A stretch of 64,000 bases of DNA from Dehalococcoidia bacterium (lineage in GTDB: Bacteria > Chloroflexota > Dehalococcoidia > Lucifugimonadales > Australimonadaceae). Below are positions 56,580 to 64,000 of this stretch, in pieces (positions within the stretch are counted from its first letter, which is position 1; each line of letters starts with the position of its first letter). The position numbers and the translations under genes were made by a program. Below the pieces are notes generated by a model. That model was not told the origin of the DNA, did not search any database, and saw nothing but the letters and a program-made list of their open reading frames with translations. The DNA is taken from positions 51,548-115,547 of the forward strand of contig CAUZFB010000001.1 in assembly GCA_963579135.1 (NCBI GenBank), given 5' to 3'.

Positions 56580-56662
56580 CCTCACACTTGGCGCTACCGC
56601 GCGCTAGATTCTCTATGTGGTAAAGTATTCTTCGGTAGTGGCGGTAGAGAGACGAGGCCAAA

Positions 56663-57727
56663 GTGTCTGAGAAGGAACAAGCATTAGAGCTGGCCCTCGG
56701 TCAAATTGAACGCCAATTCGGTCGTGGCTCGATTATGCGCATGGGTGAAGTAGCCCAGGCCATGAAAGTGGAGGCGATTCCAACTGGCTCCATCTCCTTG
56801 GATCTCGCATTAGGCGTCGGCGGCATACCCCGCGGCCGCATCGTGGAGATCTACGGAGCAGAGTCGGCGGGGAAATCCACCCTCTGTCACCACATTGTTG
56901 CTGAGGCGCAGCGCCTTGGCGGCACCGCCGCATACATCGATGCGGAACACGCGATGGACCCGGTCTACGCTGGCAAGTGTGGCGTGGATACCGAAAATCT
57001 CTTGATTTCCCAGCCGGATTCAGCGGAGCAGGCACTCGAAATCGTCGAGTACCTGGTGCGCAGTGGCGCGCTTGACGTTGTCGTGATTGACAGCGTTGCG
57101 GCGCTAGCGCCACGGGCCGAGCTTGAGGGCGACATGGGTGACGCTCATGTCGGTCTTCAGGCGCGACTCATGTCACAAGCACTGCGCAAATTGACAGCGG
57201 CAACGCACCACTCAAACACAGCGGTGGTTTTCGTCAATCAGCTTCGCGAGAAGGTCGGTGTTTTCTTCGGTAGCCCCGAAGTCACGCCAGGGGGACGGGC
57301 CCTCAAGTTCTACAGTTCAGTGCGCATCGACTTGCGGCGTATCGAGACCATCAAGCAACAGACCGAAGCGGTTGGCAATCGAGTCCGAGCCAAGGTCGTG
57401 AAGAACAAAGTTGCGCCTCCGTTCAAACAGGCGGAGTTCGACATCATGTTCTCGCTTGGCATCAGCAAATCAGGTGACCTTTTGGACCTGGGTACGGAGA
57501 TGGGCATCCTCCGGAAATCCGGAGCGAACTACTCGTTCGGTGAGACCCGTCTTGGCCAGGGCCGAGAAAAGTCCAAAGAGTTCCTCAACACGAACCCCGA
57601 GATCGCGCAGGCTTTGGAACGCCAGATACGCGGACTTGACGATGCGTCAGCGGAATCCAACGGTCACAGCACCGAGGCGGTCGCTGATCTCCCAGAACTC
57701 GAAGGGGTGCCAGTAGGCACTTCCTAG
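56663..57727 (+). CDS. recA: recombinase A
   Basis: [29 protein letters not shown], canonical RecA throughout. GTG start. Confidence 0.97.
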   Translation: MSEKEQALELALGQIERQFGRGSIMRMGEVAQAMKVEAIPTGSISLDLALGVGGIPRGRIVEIYGAESAGKSTLCHHIVAEAQRLGGTAAYIDAEHAMDPVYAGKCGVDTENLLISQPDSAEQALEIVEYLVRSGALDVVVIDSVAALAPRAELEGDMGDAHVGLQARLMSQALRKLTAATHHSNTAVVFVNQLREKVGVFFGSPEVTPGGRALKFYSSVRIDLRRIETIKQQTEAVGNRVRAKVVKNKVAPPFKQAEFDIMFSLGISKSGDLLDLGTEMGILRKSGANYSFGETRLGQGREKSKEFLNTNPEIAQALERQIRGLDDASAESNGHSTEAVADLPELEGVPVGTS

Positions 57728-57769
57728 AGCCTGACCACGTAGACGCTCAGGCCTGAGCCCCGTTTCGAT

Positions 57770-57804
57770 AGTGCCACCACCGCCAATATTGGCCGGTGGT
57801 GGCA
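57770..57804 (+). terminator. 35-nt near-perfect palindrome after recA (no T-run)
   Basis: GTGCCACCACCG-CCAATATTGGC-CGGTGGTGGCAC. Confidence 0.45.
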
Positions 57805-58012
57805 CCCGTTAAGCGCTAGCACGAACCCGTCGAGCACGGCCGAGACGTAGCCGGTACCAACGTTGGACAGGTAGACGCTAGGTAGAAGGAGTCACGAGGG
57901 GCCGGCCCCAGATAACGCGCCGAGAAATTGGTGCATGAATCCGGTAACGGTTCCGCCCGTCCGATCCCGAAGGCCGGGAAGCGAGCGCAGGTGGGACAGA
58001 AAGAGAGAATCC

Positions 58013-59560
58013 ATGGACGCTATTATTGCAGTGATTGCCGCAGTCGTTGGGATAGGAGTTGGTGTCGGTGCAGGGTTCGTCGTCAAGAACGCGATGCTGA
58101 AACGCGATGCCGATTCCGCAGGTTCAGTGGCAGAGCGAATCATCAGTGAAGCAGAGGATGGCAAGAAGAGAACTCTGCTTGAAGCTAAAGAGGAGGCGCT
58201 CCAGGAGCGTCGGAATGCAGAGAACGACATCCGGGACCGCCGACGAGAGGCTCAGCGCGCCGAAGACCGGCTTACGACCCGTGAAGAGAGCCTGGACAAG
58301 CGCGAGGACAGTCAGGACAAGCGCCAAGAAACGATTGAACTGCGCGAGGACCGACTCACGGACCGTGAGCAGGAAGCCGAAGAGGCTCGCGACCAGGCCG
58401 AGGCGCTCAAGGTGGAGCAGGGCACGAAGCTGGAAGCGATTGCTGGTCTGACGATCACTGAGGCAAAAGATCAGATTATGCAGACCGCTGAGGGTGAGAT
58501 GGAGCACGAGCTCGCCAAGCGATATTACAATCTCGAACAGCAGATGCTGGCAGAGGTGGACGATAAGGCGAAGAAGGTGATCTCGCTGGCGATCCAGCGA
58601 CTTGCAGCCGACGTGACGTCAGAGACGACGACATCGATCGTGCCGCTGCCGAGCGACGAGATGAAGGGACGATTGATCGGTCGCGAGGGCCGCAATATCA
58701 GGGCAATCGAGGCGGCGACGGGAGTGGATCTGATCATCGACGATACACCGGAAGCGATAACTATCTCGTGCTTCGAGCCGGTACGCAGGGAGGTGGCTCG
58801 CCTCGCGCTGACATCGCTCATCCAAGACGGACGTATCCACCCGGCACGCATCGAGGAGTCGGTGGAGAAGGCTCAGCAGGAAGTCGACGAGGCGATGCGC
58901 CGCGCCGGCGAGCAAGCGGTGCTCGACGCAGCGGTGCACGGTCTGCACCCGGACCTGATCAAGTTAATCGGGCGCTTGCAGTTCCGGACGAGCTACGGCG
59001 AGAACATTCTCCAGCACTCGGTGGAGGTTTCCAGGATCTGTGGCATGTTGGCCACCGAGATCGAGGCCAACGTCGAGGTGGCGAAGGCGGGCGGTCTGTT
59101 GCATGACATCGGCAAGGCCCTCGACCACGAGTTCGAGGGTTCGCACATCGAGCTGGGTGACGAGATCGCAGACCGATACCACCTGCCCGCAGCGGTGAAG
59201 GCGGCCATCTCCGAGCACCACGACGACGATCGCGGGTCGGTAGAGGCGTTCCTGGTTGCCGCGGCGGACGCGATGAGCGCAGCACGGCCTGGATCCCGCC
59301 GCGACACGGTGGAGCTATACCTGAAGCGGCTCGAGGCCCTGGAGGACGTGGCGAATAGCTTTCCCGGTGTGGAGCGCTCGTTCGCAATCCAGGCAGGGCG
59401 TGAGGTGCGGATCCTGGTGGAGCCTGAACAAATCGACGACATCGGCGCGTCGAACCTGGCCAGGAACGTGGTAAAGAAGATTGAGGAAAATCTGGTCTAC
59501 CCTGGCCAGATTAAAGTGACGGTGGTCCGCGAGACCCGCGCCACCGAAACCGCCAAATAA
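58013..59560 (+). CDS. rny: ribonuclease Y
   Basis: An N-terminal TM helix, coiled coil, KH domain (GRLIGREGRNIRAIE) and HD domain (LLHDIGKA). Confidence 0.93.
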   Translation: MDAIIAVIAAVVGIGVGVGAGFVVKNAMLKRDADSAGSVAERIISEAEDGKKRTLLEAKEEALQERRNAENDIRDRRREAQRAEDRLTTREESLDKREDSQDKRQETIELREDRLTDREQEAEEARDQAEALKVEQGTKLEAIAGLTITEAKDQIMQTAEGEMEHELAKRYYNLEQQMLAEVDDKAKKVISLAIQRLAADVTSETTTSIVPLPSDEMKGRLIGREGRNIRAIEAATGVDLIIDDTPEAITISCFEPVRREVARLALTSLIQDGRIHPARIEESVEKAQQEVDEAMRRAGEQAVLDAAVHGLHPDLIKLIGRLQFRTSYGENILQHSVEVSRICGMLATEIEANVEVAKAGGLLHDIGKALDHEFEGSHIELGDEIADRYHLPAAVKAAISEHHDDDRGSVEAFLVAAADAMSAARPGSRRDTVELYLKRLEALEDVANSFPGVERSFAIQAGREVRILVEPEQIDDIGASNLARNVVKKIEENLVYPGQIKVTVVRETRATETAK

Positions 59561-59699
59561 GCGGCGGAGTGCCATGTCCTCGCACGGTGGGGGCTGCCGT
59601 TGGGCTGTGGCGGACGTTTGGTGCAGCAAATGCGAGGGATTCGCTTGGCGCCAGTGGCTCAGCGAATCCCTTGGTGAAACAGCAGATCGAAAGCAGAGC

Positions 59700-60491
59700 A
59701 TGAAGATATTGATGGTTGGCGATGTGGTGGGTAAGCCAGGACGCAAGATGTTGCGACGCGTGCTTCCCGAGCTGAAGCGTGAGCTAGAGCTCGACTTCGT
59801 GGTCGTCAATGGCGAGAACGCGGCTGCGGGCTTCGGGCTGACGGAGGGAACGGCGGATGAGATATTCGATGCGGGCGCGAATGTGATTTCCGGTGGCAAT
59901 CACACGTTCGATCAGAGGGATTTCATTCCCGCGTTGGACGGTGAGTGGCCGGTGTTACGCCCCGCGAATTACCCGGAGGGTACGCCTGGCCGGGGAATCG
60001 CTCGCGTGGGCAAAGTGGCGGTGATTAACGTGCAGGGGCGCGTGTTCATGCCCGAGGGACTGGATTCGCCGTTCATCGTTGCGAATCGGTTGATTGAGGA
60101 GATGGAAGGCGATCCGCCGTTGGTGACGTTGGTGGATTTCCATACGGAAGCGACCTCCGAGCAAGCCGCCCTTGGGTGGTACCTGGACGGCCGAGTAACG
60201 GCGGTCGTGGGTACGCACACGCACGTGGGAACAGCCGACACGAAGATCCTGCCTCGCGGGACGGCGTTCGTGACTGACCTCGGCATGACCGGCCCGGTAA
60301 ATTCGGTGATCGGTAGCCGCGTGGAAGACGTGCTGGGACGGTTCCTGACGGCTATGCCGCGCAGGCTGAACGTAGCGGACGAACCAGGCCCCGCACAGTT
60401 CAACGCCGTGATGATTGATGTGGATGAGCGCTCAGGACTGGCGAAGAGCATCGAGCGTGTCGACCGGTTCCTGGATCTTAGAGAGGACTGA
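59700..60491 (+). CDS. ymdB: YmdB-type (TIGR00282-like) metallophosphoesterase
   Basis: MKILMVGDVVGKPGR..., VVNGENAAAGFG, DFHTEATSE. Follows rny as in Bacillus. Confidence 0.85.
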   Translation: MKILMVGDVVGKPGRKMLRRVLPELKRELELDFVVVNGENAAAGFGLTEGTADEIFDAGANVISGGNHTFDQRDFIPALDGEWPVLRPANYPEGTPGRGIARVGKVAVINVQGRVFMPEGLDSPFIVANRLIEEMEGDPPLVTLVDFHTEATSEQAALGWYLDGRVTAVVGTHTHVGTADTKILPRGTAFVTDLGMTGPVNSVIGSRVEDVLGRFLTAMPRRLNVADEPGPAQFNAVMIDVDERSGLAKSIERVDRFLDLRED

Positions 60492-60550
60492 CGGAGAGAC
60501 GCCTGAGAGAACGGCGCCTAAACGATGAGCAAGATAGCGAGGATTAGCGT

Positions 60551-61396
60551 TTGAAGATAGATCTGCACATGCACACGACGTACTCGGACGGCAAGCTGAC
60601 GCCGACTGAGCTCATACGTTTGCTTCACGACCGTGGCCTAGATATCGCTGCGGTGTCGGATCATGATTCGATGGAGGGCATCACGGAGGCGCTGGAAGCC
60701 GCTGAGGCGTACCCAGACCTGCGTATCGTCCCTGCGGTCGAAATCAGCGCGGACCACCCTACCGACCCCAAGGGCGACGTCCACGTGTTGGGGTACTTCC
60801 TGGACCATCACCACGCCGAACTCGGAAGGACGTTGGCGTCGTTCCGGGACAACCGCTTGTACCGTGGCGAGAAAATGGTGGAACGCCTGAACGAACTCGG
60901 CTACAAAGTCGAGTGGGAGCACGTTTTGGAGATCGCCGGGAAAGCGGGGATCGGTCGGCCGCACGTCGCGCAAGCGTTGGTGGACGGAGGGTATATCGCG
61001 CAGATCAAAGACGCGTTCGACGGCATCCTCAACGACGACGGTGTGGCGTTCGTGGACAGGCCGCATATCTCGATGGTCGAATCGGCAGCGTTGATACGTG
61101 CTGCCGGTGGCGTGGCGGTGCTTGCGCACCCGGTATTCATCCCAGACTACGAGACGTTACTCCCACAGATAGAGGGGATGGGATTCGTGGGCTTCGAGGT
61201 CCACTACGGCGACTTCGACACTGAACTCCGCTCCTCATTGCTGGCGCTCGCTACTCAGTACCACATGCTGCCCTGCGGGGGAAGCGATTATCACGCGATG
61301 GGCCACGCGGGCGAGCACCTGCCTGGTACGGCTGGCCCTCCCCTAGAGGTATTCGAGGAGCTAGAGCGCCGAGCCATGGTCGGTCGTGCGTCGTAG
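60551..61396 (+). CDS. PHP-domain metal-dependent phosphoesterase (TrpH/YciV-like)
   Basis: MKIDLHMHTTYSDG..., AVSDHDS, VLAHP, GGSDYH. Confidence 0.8.
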   Translation: MKIDLHMHTTYSDGKLTPTELIRLLHDRGLDIAAVSDHDSMEGITEALEAAEAYPDLRIVPAVEISADHPTDPKGDVHVLGYFLDHHHAELGRTLASFRDNRLYRGEKMVERLNELGYKVEWEHVLEIAGKAGIGRPHVAQALVDGGYIAQIKDAFDGILNDDGVAFVDRPHISMVESAALIRAAGGVAVLAHPVFIPDYETLLPQIEGMGFVGFEVHYGDFDTELRSSLLALATQYHMLPCGGSDYHAMGHAGEHLPGTAGPPLEVFEELERRAMVGRAS

Positions 61397-61411
61397 CGCT
61401 CACGAGTAACG

Positions 61412-62083
61412 ATGGATGAAAGCATTGCGATAGCTGGTGTATTGGCGTACGGGTACCTGCTGGGGTCGATTCCCATCTCCTACGTCATCGCCCGGCTGGT
61501 CAAAGGCGTAGATCTGCGCAAGGTGGGCAGCGGCACGGTTGGCGCGTCGAACGTTTGGTACAACGTGGGACACGCTTGGATATTCCCTGTCGGTGTGTTC
61601 GACGTGTTCGTGAAGGGGATGACCCCTGCCCTGCTGGCGCGGGCATTCGATCTGGAGCTGGGACCGCAGGTAGGGGCGTCTTTGCTAGCGATCATAGGAC
61701 ATAATTGGCCCGTGTATCTAAAGTTTCGAGGGGGGCGTGGTGTAGCACCGACGGTCGGCGTACTGTTATCGCTAGGGCGCTTGGAATTGGCGGTGTTCCT
61801 CGTGATGGCGACGGCGGGCTGGCAGCTTACGCAGTCGGCAGCGGTGTGGGTGCTGATAGCGTTCGGCTCACTGCCGTTGCTGGCACTTTGGTGGGGCCGT
61901 CCTGCGGAAATCGTTGGTCTGATGGCAGGAGTACTTCTAATCACCGGCGGTAAGCGACTTGCATCCAACTCTCTGAGTAGCCCCGGCGTGCCGTTCCCCC
62001 GGCTGATGCTGAACCGATTGTTGTTCGACCGCGACATCGCGGACCACGACGCTTGGATCAGACGCAATACGGCGTCCGAATGA
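61412..62083 (+). CDS. plsY: glycerol-3-phosphate acyltransferase PlsY
   Basis: YLLGSIPISYVIARL, GSGTVGASNV, HNWPVYLKFRGGRGVA. Confidence 0.88.
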   Translation: MDESIAIAGVLAYGYLLGSIPISYVIARLVKGVDLRKVGSGTVGASNVWYNVGHAWIFPVGVFDVFVKGMTPALLARAFDLELGPQVGASLLAIIGHNWPVYLKFRGGRGVAPTVGVLLSLGRLELAVFLVMATAGWQLTQSAAVWVLIAFGSLPLLALWWGRPAEIVGLMAGVLLITGGKRLASNSLSSPGVPFPRLMLNRLLFDRDIADHDAWIRRNTASE

Positions 62084-62153
62084 GCACAGGTAAGGATGCG
62101 CAGCACGAGGCCAGACCGACGGGCTTTGGGTCTCCGGACTTTTAGAAGGATGT

Positions 62154-62648
62154 ATGGCGACTGAGGCGTGTCATTGGCACCCGGACCGCGAGACGGGCCT
62201 GCATTGCAGCAGGTGCGGAAAGGCGATCTGCGTGGAATGCCTGCGCCAGCACCCGGTGGGCATCAGGTGCAAGGAGTGCACAGTCGAGGCGCGCTTGCCG
62301 GTGTTCCAGGTGTCGCGCGCGTATTACGTGAAGGGAATCTCGGCGGCGCTGGGGCTTGGTTTCGCGGGGTTGATCGCCCTGGGCGTGATCTCTCAGATCA
62401 TTCCGGCTGCAGGGTTCTTTTTCTTCATTCTGATGGGCGGGCTAGGCTACGCCATCGGCGAAGGCGTGGGCTATGCGGTCAACCGTCGCAGAGGACGTCC
62501 GTACCAGTACATGGCACTCGGCGGCGTGCTGCTGGCGACGGCGCCTATAGCGCTGTTCAGTCTTTTGGCGCTGAGTATCGGGGCGCTGCTGAATCTCGTT
62601 GGCATAGGGATCGCGCTCAGCGTTGCCTGGCAACGACGCGCGCCCTAA
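62154..62648 (+). CDS. B-box-type zinc-finger membrane protein (function unknown)
   Basis: CHWHPDRETGLHCSRCGKAICVECLRQHPVGIRCKEC followed by about four hydrophobic helices. Confidence 0.5.
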   Translation: MATEACHWHPDRETGLHCSRCGKAICVECLRQHPVGIRCKECTVEARLPVFQVSRAYYVKGISAALGLGFAGLIALGVISQIIPAAGFFFFILMGGLGYAIGEGVGYAVNRRRGRPYQYMALGGVLLATAPIALFSLLALSIGALLNLVGIGIALSVAWQRRAP

Positions 62649-62757
62649 GCAGACAGGGCGGAAAGAGGGCTGCCGCTTGGTGACGGCGGGGCGTTCCCTA
62701 CGGCGTGGGGAGGCTGGGGGACGGCAGACGTGTCACGCTGGTAAACTGGCGAATAGT

Positions 62758-62832
62758 GCGGGCGTAGCTCAGTGGTAGAGCTTCTGCTTCCCAAGCAGAC
62801 GGCCGTGGGTTCGATCCCCATCGCCCGCTCCA
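62758..62832 (+). tRNA. tRNA-Gly (anticodon CCC), CCA encoded
   Basis: GCGGGCG TA GCTC AGTGGTA GAGC T TCTGC TTCCCAA GCAGA CGGCC GTGGG TTCGATC CCCAT CGCCCGC T CCA. It is preceded by cTGgTAAACT (extended -10) at about 62738-62746. Confidence 0.95.
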
Positions 62833-62957
62833 TTTTTCTTTTCCATTGGTGAGCTGACCGTGAGGCCTCTCGGTTGTCGACGGCGATCTCCGGTCTCGGT
62901 TCCGTCTCTCACCGTCCTTATTGCCCCGCATCAACGCCAAAGGATCGTTCCCTACAC

Positions 62958-63845
62958 GTGACAGACCAACACCACAGCGGATTCGTAGCTATCGTCGGGC
63001 GGGCAAACGTTGGCAAGTCCACGCTGATGAACGCGTTGATTGGCCAGAAGCTCTCCATCGTTAGCCCCAAGCCGCACACCACCCGGCACAAGTTGCTGGG
63101 GGTACTGAATGGCGACGATTTCCAGGTGGCGCTACTGGACACGCCAGGCTTCCTCCGCAATGGGCGGGATCAGCTGGACGCCGCGATGTCCCGGCAGATG
63201 GCGTCGGCGCTCGCGGACGCTGATCTGGCGTTGCTCGTGGTGGAGCCTCGCATGCCAGGCGACGTGGAGATCCACCTGATGGAGCAACTGGCGAAGGCAA
63301 AGACACCCGCCATCCTGGTGCTGAACAAGGTCGATAGCGTGGCGAAGTTCAAGCTGCTGCCCATCATGCAGCACTACTCGGACGCGCTATCATTCCGGGA
63401 GATCGTCCCAGTATCAGGGCTTGAGGGTGATGGACTGGGTACGCTGCTGGAGCAGATCGTCGGGCACCTGCCTGAGCAGGAGGCAATCTTCCCGCCAAAC
63501 ATGCTGACCGATCGCTCGATGAGTTTCGTATGCGCGGAGATCATTCGCGAGAAGGTTTTCCTGCTCTACGAACACGAGATTCCGTACGACGTCGCTGTCG
63601 AGATCGACGAGTATGCCGAGCGCGAGGGCACGCAGCCGGACCTCGTGCGCGCGACAATCTATGTGGACAAGCATTCACAGAAGCGACTGCTGATCGGCAC
63701 GGGTGGCCAGGCGCTGAAAGAGGTGGGCACGCTGGCGCGCGAGGAGATCGTGCAAATCGTCGAACGTCCCGTGTTCGTGGAGCTGTGGGTGAAGGTGAAC
63801 CCGAAGTGGCGCCGCAAGGCGGGATTTATCCAGCGCACCCTTTGA
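62958..63845 (+). CDS. era: GTPase Era
   Basis: SGFVAIVGRANVGKSTL, DTPG, NKVD and a C-terminal KH domain. The start was set at the in-frame GTG at 62958 (uncertain). Confidence 0.9.
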   Translation: MTDQHHSGFVAIVGRANVGKSTLMNALIGQKLSIVSPKPHTTRHKLLGVLNGDDFQVALLDTPGFLRNGRDQLDAAMSRQMASALADADLALLVVEPRMPGDVEIHLMEQLAKAKTPAILVLNKVDSVAKFKLLPIMQHYSDALSFREIVPVSGLEGDGLGTLLEQIVGHLPEQEAIFPPNMLTDRSMSFVCAEIIREKVFLLYEHEIPYDVAVEIDEYAEREGTQPDLVRATIYVDKHSQKRLLIGTGGQALKEVGTLAREEIVQIVERPVFVELWVKVNPKWRRKAGFIQRTL

Positions 63846-64000
63846 CGTGCGTGGTGAAGCGAGATCGCGTGCAGGCGTCGCTGGGTGCTACGTGCCAGAC
63901 GCACTTAGCAGGAACCGGGGGTCTCAGAAACAAGCTAGATTGTGCCCACCCACCCCACCCATGGTTGCTGCTCCTCACGCTGTGCCACTGAACTGGGTCG

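Overview
High-GC bacterial chromosomal window, mostly housekeeping genes. My guess from the 16S sequence and gene content (R3H/AAA ycf45-like ATPase, short EF-Ts, T-box outside Firmicutes) is Chloroflexota, but this is unverified. Main content: a zur-znuA-like pair; a 16S rRNA plus tRNA-Ile(GAU) unit with no 23S after it; tmk; pdxS/pdxT; proS; a DUF1800/DUF1501 Tat pair; a DEAD-box helicase; and the conserved rpsB-tsf-pyrH-frr-uppS-cdsA-dxr-rseP-ispG cluster. It also holds a family-5 UDG, apt, a T-box-controlled citramalate-synthase-type LeuA homolog, tex, thiolase, an archaeal-type PEP carboxylase, a ParA-plus-small-partner module, two tandem SDR paralogs, dtd, rpsU, nadE, recA (with a GAAC-N4-GTTC box), rny-ymdB, plsY, tRNA-Gly(CCC) and era. 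I found no CRISPR array, intact mobile element, recognisable defence genes or convincing novel multi-gene system. The best leads are: (1) a dispersed mosaic intergenic repeat family, at least six co-oriented copies lying 3' of minus-strand genes; (2) the orphan ParA + basic small protein module with a GCAAAC/GTTTGC operator-like promoter; (3) the unlinked 16S-tRNA-Ile unit next to an ORF broken at a 13-G tract; (4) 21-bp-phased GGGGACACCGAT repeats upstream of rpsB; (5) several decayed genes (MFS, DUF1989, HAD, RCC1 fragment). All functional calls come from reading the translations by eye; no database search was run.
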